DNA from: an uncultured Candidatus Saccharibacteria bacterium
Lineage (GTDB): Bacteria; Patescibacteriota; Saccharimonadia; CAZHVB01
DNA length: 64,000 nucleotides
Direction of reading: 5' to 3'
NCBI GenBank assembly: GCA_964600295.1
Contig: CAZRIY010000001.1
Coordinates: 169,733-233,732 of the forward strand
In this document: piece after piece, positions 47,355 through 55,497 of the stretch
Layout of the letters: every line of letters starts with the position of its first letter
Numbering within the stretch: the stretch's first letter is position 1
The notes under the pieces: model-generated
Database searches by the model: none
What the model was told of the DNA's origin: nothing
The model's input: only the letters and a program-made list of their open reading frames with translations
Translations under genes and position numbers: made by a program

Positions 47355-47813
47355 ATGAAAACTATCACGCCGAATCTATGGTTCGACGGCAAGGCAAAAG
47401 AGGCCGTGGATTTTTACATATCTGTGTTTCCAGACAGTAAAATAATCTCCACAATCAATTATCCAAACAGTGCCGAGGAAGGTTTGGCTGATTTCCAAAA
47501 GGACCTCGCTGGCAAAGTGCTCACGATAGACTTCGAGCTAAGCGGCAACCGTTTCGTGGCCATTAACGCTGGACCCGAGTTTAAATTTAACGAATCTGTG
47601 TCTTTTTCGATTCCTTGTGAAGATCAGGAAGAGATTGATTACTACTGGGAAAAACTTTCTAAAGTCCCGGAATCTGAACAATGTGGTTGGTGTAAAGACC
47701 AGTATGGCCTTAGCTGGCAAGTTGTACCGAAGCACATGGAAGAATTAATGAAGCGCCCGAATGCTTTTGCTAATTTGATGCAGATGCACAAAATTGTTAT
47801 TGAGGATTTTTAA
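47355..47813 (+). CDS. VOC family PhnB / 3-demethylubiquinone-9 3-methyltransferase-like protein (cassette 4)
   Basis: ITPNLWFDGKAKEAVDFY, NAGPEFKFNESVSF, CGWCKDQYGLSWQVVP. Confidence 0.9.
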   Translation: MKTITPNLWFDGKAKEAVDFYISVFPDSKIISTINYPNSAEEGLADFQKDLAGKVLTIDFELSGNRFVAINAGPEFKFNESVSFSIPCEDQEEIDYYWEKLSKVPESEQCGWCKDQYGLSWQVVPKHMEELMKRPNAFANLMQMHKIVIEDF

Positions 47814-47863
47814 GTTCGTTCACTATCAAGCGTTATCAAATCGCAGAGTAACCCATTAATGCG

Positions 47864-47915
47864 GTTCTAACCTGTCTACCGGCTGGCTGGCTGGCTTCCA
47901 TCACTAGGAGAGCCA
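47864..47915 (+). repeat. Cassette boundary repeat R4, interrupted by a 24-nt insertion
   Basis: GTTCTAAC[CTGTCTACCGGCTGGCTGGCTGGC]TTCCATCACTAGGAGAGCCA. Confidence 0.75.
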
Positions 47916-47995
47916 AAATATTTACGCTTATTTTGCTGATATAATTAACCGTGAGCTTAGATCTAGTAAAATATCTCTAGAACAAGGAGGATCCC

Positions 47996-48388
47996 GTGGC
48001 AGAAATAGAAGAAAATGTAAAAGAAACCGAAGTTTCCCAGCAGGGCGACATGCAAGTAGTTCGAGAACGCACTTCCACTGATTCAAGCCAAGATACACGA
48101 TTGACTTTGGCTAATGCTGTTTGGTTTTTAGTTGGCTTGATGGAGTTTCTGTTGGCCTTTCGGCTTCTACTTAAGCTTCTTGGGGCCAATCCGTCCAGCG
48201 GTTTTGTAAGCTTTGTATATACAGTAACTAGCGGTTTCACCGCCCCTTTTAGAGGTATATTCAGTACGCCGACCACCCAGGGCGACATTACTACTTCGGT
48301 ATTCGAAACAGGCACCTTACTAGCTATGGTAGTCTACGCATTAGTCGGCTGGGGTGTAGTAAAACTCGTTAATCTCAATAAGAAATAA
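47996..48388 (+). CDS. YggT-like membrane protein (cassette 5), paralog of 46262-46654
   Basis: 15 differences in 130 aa by manual comparison. Confidence 0.8.
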   Translation: MAEIEENVKETEVSQQGDMQVVRERTSTDSSQDTRLTLANAVWFLVGLMEFLLAFRLLLKLLGANPSSGFVSFVYTVTSGFTAPFRGIFSTPTTQGDITTSVFETGTLLAMVVYALVGWGVVKLVNLNKK

Positions 48389-48421
48389 TTGCGTTACTAA
48401 AAATTCAACAGGGCTAACGGA

Positions 48422-48450
48422 GTTCTAACTTCCTTCACCATGCGGATCCA
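48422..48450 (+). repeat. Cassette boundary repeat R5
   Basis: GTTCTAACTTCCTTCACCATGCGGATCCA. Confidence 0.85.
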
Positions 48451-48460
48451 TAACCCACGC

Positions 48461-49075
48461 TTATTCAGACAATTTTAGTGACGAGAAGAAAATCGTAAAA
48501 TCATCGTAATAGCGCTGATTATCAGAAGCCAAGCTTTGGCAGTAGGCAATCACCTGGTTAACGTTGCCCAGCGCTATTATTTCAACTCTTTTAATTTTTG
48601 AACCCCCTTCTGTATACAAGATTTCTAGTAGTATTCCTTGGGCTTCACCAAATTTTACGGGATTTAGGGCGGTTGACTCGTTGGCGACTACGGCATCTGG
48701 ATGAACCTTTCTCACCTCGTCCATAATTCCATTGCGTAACTCCTCACCCGTCGCAGATCCTCTCCCTGCCAACTTAGTCTGAGACACAATACATTGTGCG
48801 TTTGGGTCATCATTTGGCCTAAAACCATAAGTAAACCCCGGGTTCATGGCCGCCAGCTCTTCTCTGGGAATCGTCTCGAATTTCTTGCTCATGTTAAAAG
48901 AAAGGCCGGTTGAACTATCGGAAATTGTATTGTAATTAGTAGTTTGAGTTTCAGACTTATTTTCTGGAGCCTTATTAAAAGCACTAAACCAAACAGCTAG
49001 TGCAATAAGCACTAGCAAAAGAGCCAGGTATAAAAGCTTTCTTTTGGTCAAAATACTTCTGAGTACCTTTCGCAT
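48461..49075 (-). CDS. Membrane-anchored protein, PsbP/DcrB-like fold suspected
   Basis: N-terminal TM; C-terminal FTIFFSSLKL helix-strand ending. Confidence 0.5.
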   Translation of the reverse strand: MRKVLRSILTKRKLLYLALLLVLIALAVWFSAFNKAPENKSETQTTNYNTISDSSTGLSFNMSKKFETIPREELAAMNPGFTYGFRPNDDPNAQCIVSQTKLAGRGSATGEELRNGIMDEVRKVHPDAVVANESTALNPVKFGEAQGILLEILYTEGGSKIKRVEIIALGNVNQVIAYCQSLASDNQRYYDDFTIFFSSLKLSE

Positions 49076-49106
49076 AGAAGGCTATTATAAAACTACGTTT
49101 CTGATT

Positions 49107-49138
49107 AAACAAAACAGCTCCCCGGAGTGGGGAGCTGT
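49107..49138 (-). terminator. Intrinsic terminator of 49174-50235
   Basis: ACAGCTCCCC-GGAGT-GGGGAGCTGT stem with a U-rich tract on the minus strand. Confidence 0.7.
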
Positions 49139-49173
49139 CTGCTCGCTTTGTTTTAGTTTGTTTATGTTTGTGT

Positions 49174-50235
49174 CTACGGTTCGTTCGAGACGGCCACCCA
49201 GGCGGTAGCAATACAGGTGTAAGCTGTACTGTCAGCCGCGCCATCTGTTCTCAAGTATAGAGAGCCTGAGATACAACTACCTGTTGGGGCGCCTGCGCCC
49301 GAGCCGATAGTCGCGCCTGATGACAAACGGATGTCAGCTACGCCATACTCAACTGCCGAGTTAATGTAGTCAGCAGTTTCCGCATGAAACAGATCTAGTC
49401 CGTAATCGAACTTACTTGCTGCAGTCGAGTTAAAGTATTGTACCCCGTAAGCTGCAGTTGGCGTGAGGGTACCGGTGTCACCGCCAAGTACTGCCATAAT
49501 GGCTGCGTCAGCAACATCAGTTCCAGCTTCACCCACTAATCCCGCTTTAGCACCCGTCAAAGCATCGCTGGTGGTGACTTCGTACTTACCAATTACACCG
49601 GCGTGGATATCGGAACCTGTGTTGGTAAGAGTATCACCCATGAAGTTACCCATCATACCAGCGTGGTAGGTGCTAGTTCCACCTGCCGCCCCCTCATACG
49701 TTAGATCACCCCAGACTGACTGGAATGAGCCCGTCGCTCCGGTAGCACGAGTTACAGCTGCGCTTACTCCTGTTGTGGAAGCTATTGTAAGTGCATCTGG
49801 CACCGATGCGTCCGTTAAGGCCGCACAGGTTAGGTTACCGTTGGCTGCAATAGTTGTGGCAAAGGTATTGGCAGCACAATCGGTCGGGTCTGCAGCCAGC
49901 GCTGTAGCCGTACTGGCGTTTCCGGTTAAAGGCCCAACCAAAGCACCCGCGGTAAGAGTTCCCACAACAAGCATGTCCTTCTCAACAATGGTAAGGACCG
50001 GTGCGTTTAGATATAGATAGTTGTCGGTCGCTATATGCAACTCACTGTTCTCATAAATCCTGCTGGCCCCTTGGACAAAATCAATTAGGTTAGTTGTCGC
50101 CGGTGGTCCACCAACAAATTGCCAAAGGTGATCAGTAAAAGTCGATGCCGCAAATGCCGGCGTAGCCGTTAATAGTAAAGTAACCAGCAAAGCTACGGCC
50201 CTTTTCGCTAGGGTCTTTATACCCTTAATTTTCAT
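49174..50235 (-). CDS. Secreted Ala/Thr/Gly-rich fibre-like protein
   Basis: Signal peptide (TATPAFA-A); LTGNASTATALA and GAGAPTG..GSLYLRTDG motifs. Confidence 0.6.
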   Translation of the reverse strand: MKIKGIKTLAKRAVALLVTLLLTATPAFAASTFTDHLWQFVGGPPATTNLIDFVQGASRIYENSELHIATDNYLYLNAPVLTIVEKDMLVVGTLTAGALVGPLTGNASTATALAADPTDCAANTFATTIAANGNLTCAALTDASVPDALTIASTTGVSAAVTRATGATGSFQSVWGDLTYEGAAGGTSTYHAGMMGNFMGDTLTNTGSDIHAGVIGKYEVTTSDALTGAKAGLVGEAGTDVADAAIMAVLGGDTGTLTPTAAYGVQYFNSTAASKFDYGLDLFHAETADYINSAVEYGVADIRLSSGATIGSGAGAPTGSCISGSLYLRTDGAADSTAYTCIATAWVAVSNEP

Positions 50236-50390
50236 AGCACTCCTTAAATTATAGTTAAATATACGTTAATTCTCATGCTTTGTGGATTAATTGTCAATTA
50301 AATATAACCGAAAACCTTAATAGCATACCCCTCTTTCTTACTCAAATCCTGACAATTTTTACTTTCTGCGTATATGGGTTAAAATCGACC

Positions 50391-50969
50391 ATGATGACAT
50401 ACCCCAAACCCAAGCTAAAAGTGATAGCTCCAATTGTTGTAGTTCTAGTCGCGGTAACGATAGGTTACTTTGCATTCGGGCCATCTTCGAAAGAAGATCA
50501 AGCCAAACAGGGAGAAATAAATCCCGAGCTAGTAAAGGCAGAAGAGATTGAAGCAGGTGATTTTAAGTACACAAAACCGGATGGTTGGGGCGTACTGTCT
50601 AAAGAATTTTTAGATTCGGAAAGCGCAGTCAACGGTATTGCTACCGTGCCGTTGCCCACTTCTCGATTTACTGTAGGAATAGAATTGTCTGTGCCACCTA
50701 GCGAGGCAGAATTAAAAGACTCTACGCAAGAGACACTTAAAAAACTTCAAAATTTTGAATTAATCAACTCCGGTGACACTACAGTAGACGGAAAGTCTAG
50801 CCACAGATTTACCTACAGGTTCGGTGACAAAGTTAAAACCAAGCAAGAATTAACAGTCCTTATATATAAGGACAAAGTCTTTCTTTTGAAATTTGTCAGT
50901 CCCGATTCAGACTTTGATAAAAAGAAAACAGATTTCGATAAGATTATCTCTAGTTTCAAATTTAAATAA
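50391..50969 (+). CDS. Membrane-anchored PsbP/DcrB-like protein
   Basis: FKYTKPDGW, TTVDGKSS, FDKIISSFKF. Confidence 0.65.
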   Translation: MMTYPKPKLKVIAPIVVVLVAVTIGYFAFGPSSKEDQAKQGEINPELVKAEEIEAGDFKYTKPDGWGVLSKEFLDSESAVNGIATVPLPTSRFTVGIELSVPPSEAELKDSTQETLKKLQNFELINSGDTTVDGKSSHRFTYRFGDKVKTKQELTVLIYKDKVFLLKFVSPDSDFDKKKTDFDKIISSFKFK

Positions 50970-51124
50970 TTCAAATTCTTCTCATTCAGCCAAATTTCTG
51001 ACAAGTGTACTCAAATGATGGATTTAGGGTATTGTCGCTAAGCAAATCCCAAAAGTAGCCAAACTACACCATACTTTATGGTTATGGTAAAATTAGTATG
51101 TTAAACCCAGGTAAAATAAACAGC

Positions 51125-51529
51125 ATGAAGCTTAAACAAAAATCCACATCTCTTAAGCGAAATCTTACCGTTCTAACCGTATTTCTGATTTTGCTACTGA
51201 GCACTGTGGGGCAAACGGTCTCATGGAATCGTCTGATGGACCCCCGAGGGCAAGCCGATGAGCAAAATCAGCCAAATCAGGAGAATGATCCTGAGCAGTC
51301 GGCCGAAAACTACAGGGATGAAACTCAAACTCAATCCAACACTCCGGCTGACTCTGTGGAGGCATCTATTGGCTCAAGCAGCCGTTCACCAGCTCGTGGT
51401 CCAACTAGCCCCAAACCAACTTCAGATTTGCCATCGAATTCAAACCAACCTACTACACCTCAAAATCCACAGCCGGAACCAGAACCCACCCATATAATCG
51501 GTTGTTTGGCCGGAATTTTTTGTATATAA
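51125..51529 (+). CDS. Membrane-anchored low-complexity hypothetical protein
   Basis: TM, Pro/Ser/Gln-rich linker, C-terminal CLAGIFC. Confidence 0.5.
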   Translation: MKLKQKSTSLKRNLTVLTVFLILLLSTVGQTVSWNRLMDPRGQADEQNQPNQENDPEQSAENYRDETQTQSNTPADSVEASIGSSSRSPARGPTSPKPTSDLPSNSNQPTTPQNPQPEPEPTHIIGCLAGIFCI

Positions 51530-51607
51530 GCAATTTGCCTACTCAAAAAGTTGAGCGGCTGATTAACCGGTTCTAGCTTAGAAATAAATCGAGCTTAGTC
51601 GGTATGT

Positions 51608-51898
51608 TTAAGCTGCGCGGTCGCCGGAAGACGGACCGAAGTCGCGCTTTTCCTGGGGGCGGGCTTCACTGACTCGCAGGTTGCGTCCGCCAACGTCCTT
51701 GTTGTTGAGCTGTTTGATGGCCTCATCGGCCTCAGCATCGTTCGACATCTCTACGAATGCAAATCCCTTGGATTTGCCCGAAAAGCGGTCGGTAATGACG
51801 TTAACCGAAGCCACTTCTCCGAACTCGGAGAAAGACTTCTTTAAATCCTCTTCAGTTGTTTCGTAGGAGAGGTTACCTACATAGATCCTTTTTGCCAT
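51608..51898 (-). CDS. RRM RNA-binding protein
   Basis: RNP2 IYVGNL, RNP1 KGFAFVEM. Confidence 0.93.
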   Translation of the reverse strand: MAKRIYVGNLSYETTEEDLKKSFSEFGEVASVNVITDRFSGKSKGFAFVEMSNDAEADEAIKQLNNKDVGGRNLRVSEARPQEKRDFGPSSGDRAA

Positions 51899-52021
51899 CC
51901 GTTAACAATAAGACAAAATGGGTATTTTGGCAACAGGGAAGAAGCCCTAGGGTAGAATTGCTTACAATCTGCTCATAAAACTAAATTCCCCTCCCGTGCC
52001 TTTCAACGGTATAATTTTGTT

Positions 52022-52366
52022 ATGAAACAGAATTTTAGAGCTGTGCTTGAGTTTGTCAGGAGCAAGGGAGTGGTCGGCTTGGCCGTAGCCGTCATTTTGG
52101 GGGCAGCGCTGACGGCTCTGGTTAAAGCCATCGTCGATGGATTGCTTGACCCGCTGATTGGCCTGGTTCTGCCCAATACCGATAACTTGGAGCGGGCATC
52201 GTTCCAGATTGCCGATTCAGAATTTAAATGGGGGCAAGTAGCTAGCGCCCTGATCGATTTCGTGGCCATTGCAGCCGTGCTGTACTATTTGCTGCGCTGG
52301 CTGAGACTGGACAAGCTGGACAAAGGCCAATCCGGGGATGCCAAGGATCTGGTGGAGAAACTCTAA
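52022..52366 (+). CDS. mscL: MscL family mechanosensitive channel
   Basis: EFVRSKGVVGLAVAVILGAA..IVDGLLDPLIG. Confidence 0.8.
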   Translation: MKQNFRAVLEFVRSKGVVGLAVAVILGAALTALVKAIVDGLLDPLIGLVLPNTDNLERASFQIADSEFKWGQVASALIDFVAIAAVLYYLLRWLRLDKLDKGQSGDAKDLVEKL

Positions 52367-52411
52367 GCAGTTGAGTATGATTAAGACTGACATTAAACGG
52401 GGGAGTAGCTG

Positions 52412-52609
52412 ATGTGTTTGACCTGCGGTTGCGATCAGCCCTACGACGATATGGGGCATACCGACAATGTAACTTATGACGATATCAAAAAGGCGGTAGA
52501 AACCCCAGATGGCAAGGGCTTGACCACCGAAGAGGCTATTAAGAATCTGAACGAAACTTGGCGCAAAGTTAAGGACGAGGATAAAAATTACAAAGCCAGC
52601 AACAAATAA
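52412..52609 (+). CDS. Small protein with N-terminal CxxCGC motif
   Basis: MCLTCGCDQPYDDMGH; GGGGAG SD. Confidence 0.65.
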   Translation: MCLTCGCDQPYDDMGHTDNVTYDDIKKAVETPDGKGLTTEEAIKNLNETWRKVKDEDKNYKASNK

Positions 52610-52676
52610 TAGCTTCAAAAAGACTAGGTATTACGGCTTTTTAGCTGTCTGCAGTCTGCTATATACCCTGGTTAGC

Positions 52677-53498
52677 TTGCTTAGTCCGATAACCGACAAC
52701 CGTTTTAATCTGTCGCTGGTGCAAATTCGGCTACTTCAGTTGACAATTATTTTACCGGTAATTGCCATTTGGGGGTTGGCCTGGTTTGGTGCTACCCGCT
52801 TTAAGGATTATTCGCAGACTATCAAAAACAGTGATGATGGGCACGCCTTGGGACAAGTCTCTAACGGGCTGCTAGTGATAGCCACCGGTTTAATTATCAG
52901 CGGCCTGTTTGCCAGTTTTAGGGGCTGGGCGATCCAAAATGATCTAATAGCCCAATTTACGATTACCAACAGCTATCTGGTACTAATCTTTCCCTTGATT
53001 GGTTTTGGCTTGATGTTCGCGGGTTCTCGCCAACTGCTGAAAATTACCGAAGCCCGGCGCATGGAGCCGAAGAAAATACTGATAGCCCTGGTGTTGGTAA
53101 CGGCGGCAATTTATATTTATGCGCGCGGCATTCTGAGCGGGCATGGGTCTAACAACCTATATCTTAATCAAAATCTGATCTGGCTAACCATTGTTGTTCC
53201 CTACGCTCTAACCTGGCTACTGGGGACCAGCACGATACTTAACATCGCCACTTATCAGCAATCGGTCAAAGGCATAATTTACCGCCAGGCCTTGCGGCGG
53301 CTGAGCTTGGGTCTTTACGTGGTGGTGGGTTTTTCAATTGGGCTGCAGCTACTGACCCTGCTGGTTTCGTCTTTGCAAACGGCGGGCTTGAGCACCTTGT
53401 TAATCATCATTCAAATCCTGATCCTGTTTTATGGCTTGGGTTACCTATTGATTGCGGTCGGCGCCAAGAATCTGGCTAAGATTGAGGCCGTCCATTGA
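52677..53498 (+). CDS. Seven-TM hypothetical membrane protein
   Basis: Hydrophobicity pattern; start codon uncertain. Confidence 0.6.
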   Translation: MLSPITDNRFNLSLVQIRLLQLTIILPVIAIWGLAWFGATRFKDYSQTIKNSDDGHALGQVSNGLLVIATGLIISGLFASFRGWAIQNDLIAQFTITNSYLVLIFPLIGFGLMFAGSRQLLKITEARRMEPKKILIALVLVTAAIYIYARGILSGHGSNNLYLNQNLIWLTIVVPYALTWLLGTSTILNIATYQQSVKGIIYRQALRRLSLGLYVVVGFSIGLQLLTLLVSSLQTAGLSTLLIIIQILILFYGLGYLLIAVGAKNLAKIEAVH

Positions 53499-53734
53499 TT
53501 ACCGGCGATCTACTCGGCCAAGTGACATCTGTTGTAGAACAGTACCTGGGCCCGGCGGCCGACCGTTTTGTTAAGCGCCAGATCCTATTCCATTTGGCTA
53601 AAAATCCCGAGGATATTGAAAAGTACGACCTACCCGAGCTTACAGAATGGATAAAAATATCGATGAGTTTTGTAACCGAAGACAAAACCGCCATCAATAA
53701 CTGTGAGGCCGAAATACTCAAGCTGGTTAGATAA
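53495..53734 (+). CDS. Small helical hypothetical protein coupled to the upstream gene
   Basis: YLGPAADRFVKRQI; 4-nt overlap. Confidence 0.6.
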   Translation: MITGDLLGQVTSVVEQYLGPAADRFVKRQILFHLAKNPEDIEKYDLPELTEWIKISMSFVTEDKTAINNCEAEILKLVR

Positions 53735-53763
53735 TTTTAAAGTAGAATGGATTTAGTTGACGG

Positions 53764-54360
53764 CTAAAACCAGAGGTGGTGCCAGCGAGCCCGCCAACCT
53801 GATTGGTCCTGACCGGCGCAGGCCGCCGGGTCATCTTGGCTGTTAAAAGTGGCGGCCGAATCTGCAACCGACTGATATTCGGTTTCAGCTTGCGGTGCTG
53901 CTCCATAACTTACCAGCAGTTTATCGCGGCTTTGAATCACCCGGCTGGCCACGTCTTCCTGTCTGACTTCGTTGAGTATAAAAGTTAGTTCGCCGCCCCG
54001 ACCGTCAACATAGATAGTATTAGTATTCTTTAAGGCTAAGCCGCTAACTGACCAGCCCAAGTTTTCAAAAAATTGACCCCAAGTTACGCCCTGATCCTCA
54101 ACGTGAGCCACATCATTGACCGAATCGTGCATATGAGCGCGATGCAGTGGGTTGGCACTGGCGTTAGCGTCACAGCTCAAGACTTCCTGGTAATAACCCG
54201 GGGAGCTAAATTGTTCGCGTGCTCCATTGATGTAGACAGCGAAATTGGCGTGATAGTGAACCGATTCATCCCGGTAACCAAACCAGCGGACAGCGGCAAA
54301 CAGCAACAGGCCCAGCAGTAATCCTAAGACCAAATAGGCGACCGGCTTAAGTTTTGGCAT
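53764..54360 (-). CDS. Membrane-anchored His-motif hypothetical protein
   Basis: VHYHANFAVYING, RAHMHD..VAHV. Confidence 0.65.
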   Translation of the reverse strand: MPKLKPVAYLVLGLLLGLLLFAAVRWFGYRDESVHYHANFAVYINGAREQFSSPGYYQEVLSCDANASANPLHRAHMHDSVNDVAHVEDQGVTWGQFFENLGWSVSGLALKNTNTIYVDGRGGELTFILNEVRQEDVASRVIQSRDKLLVSYGAAPQAETEYQSVADSAATFNSQDDPAACAGQDQSGWRARWHHLWF

Positions 54361-54500
54361 GGGTTTAGTATACCTAAACTTTTAGCCCCAGCTTATTAAT
54401 TGACAGCTACCCAGCCAATCAGTCATAGTAGGACTAATTGGAAGTTGCCCCGGTGGCGACTAGCCAAAACAAAAACTTAAAAATAAGGAGACGCTCAAAG

Positions 54501-54569
54501 ATGGCTATCAAATTGGTCTATCAACCACGGGTGCATCAAATCAAAGTCATCCTTCGACAACCGGCCTAA
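54501..54569 (+). CDS. Candidate 22-aa small ORF
   Basis: TTGACA promoter near 54400, TAAGGAG SD, MAIKLVYQPRVHQIKVILRQPA. Confidence 0.3.
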   Translation: MAIKLVYQPRVHQIKVILRQPA

Positions 54570-54613
54570 GGTCTGCTCAGGATGACCCTGAGCAAAGTCG
54601 AATGGGTCAAAGT
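54541..54613. repeat. REP-like double hairpin with 7-bp flanking direct repeats
   Basis: TCAAAGT..GTCATCCT-TCGAC..GCTC-AGGATGAC-CCTGAGCAAAGTCGAATGGG..TCAAAGT. Confidence 0.65.
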
Positions 54614-54636
54614 TAGCCAACCGGCCTAGTTTTTTG

Positions 54637-55248
54637 CTAAGTCCTGGCCAGCAGTATCACCACCAGGATGCCAAAAGCGTTCAATAGGAAGGCTAAAGCT
54701 AGGAACTGCCAGGTTTTGATTTTGGAAATCCCCATTAGGGTAATGCCCAGTTCATCGGGAAACGGTGAGGCTATAACTAGCGCTCCGATTACCGGAGTAA
54801 GCCAGGCAAAATATGGCGTTCTGAAGATATTGAATTTTCGCCAGGAGGCGAGTTTTTGGCCCAATGGCCGCAGCTCTTCGAACACGCGATCTTTGAGGTA
54901 GCGGAAGACGATATAATCACCCAGGACAGCGCCAGCCCCCGCCAAAACGGCAATCTCGTACGGATTCAAAACTTCGGCTAGATGATACAAAATTACACCC
55001 GCTGGCGCCACCGTAAAAGTGGAGACAAATAGGAGACCGGCTATCAAGGCGCCCAGGTAGCCCAACCCGCCAACCGACTTTATCAAATCATCAATAGCGG
55101 GCAGACCAAGTAGGTAAATAAATACCCCTAAACTTAGTAGCAGCAAGGCGATATTTTTGTAATGCCAATAGCGCCAGCGGATCTCAAGCTTTAGTCGCTT
55201 CATTTCCAGTTTATGTAATTCCGCTTGGGATAGTTTTAACCGGCGCAT
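54637..55248 (-). CDS. VTT/DedA-superfamily-like membrane protein
   Basis: GYLGALIAG..STFTVAP..GAVLGDY..SPFPDELG. Confidence 0.6.
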   Translation of the reverse strand: MRRLKLSQAELHKLEMKRLKLEIRWRYWHYKNIALLLLSLGVFIYLLGLPAIDDLIKSVGGLGYLGALIAGLLFVSTFTVAPAGVILYHLAEVLNPYEIAVLAGAGAVLGDYIVFRYLKDRVFEELRPLGQKLASWRKFNIFRTPYFAWLTPVIGALVIASPFPDELGITLMGISKIKTWQFLALAFLLNAFGILVVILLART

Positions 55249-55497
55249 TGCTGTCTATCTTAGAACGATGAAGCCACCGCCAGCAATGATAAAGCTTGGT
55301 ACTCGAAGGCAAGGGGCCGGAGTTGCGGTAAGCGCTTAAGCCGCGGTACGCTAGCGGTATATACCAGGGTTGTCCGGCTTTCGATATTGCTGGTTATTTT
55401 TCCTGTCAAACCCCTGATATAGTAGTATCAGATTGGATCAGATATTGCCTATGCTCAAATCTCACAATAGAAAAATAAATCGAAAGCCGTTTGCGTA

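Larger units (their letters stand above)
45672..48450 (+). mobile_element. tRNA-anchored gene cassette array (five units), no integrase in the window
   Basis: Five ~29-bp related repeats each downstream of co-oriented small genes. Confidence 0.7.

Noticed and set aside
45923-48450. R1-R5 as a CRISPR array
   Set aside because: Intervening segments are 200-1150 bp, contain intact genes and vary in length; no cas genes are present.
45923-48450. R1-R5 as canonical integron attC sites
   Set aside because: Too short, no paired RYYYAAC/GTTRRRY cores or long imperfect palindrome, and no intI in the window.
45923-48450. R1-R5 as plain intrinsic terminators
   Set aside because: Only a weak bulged stem and no U-tract; conservation extends outside the stem and ends on the tRNA-matching heptamer. 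Not fully excluded.
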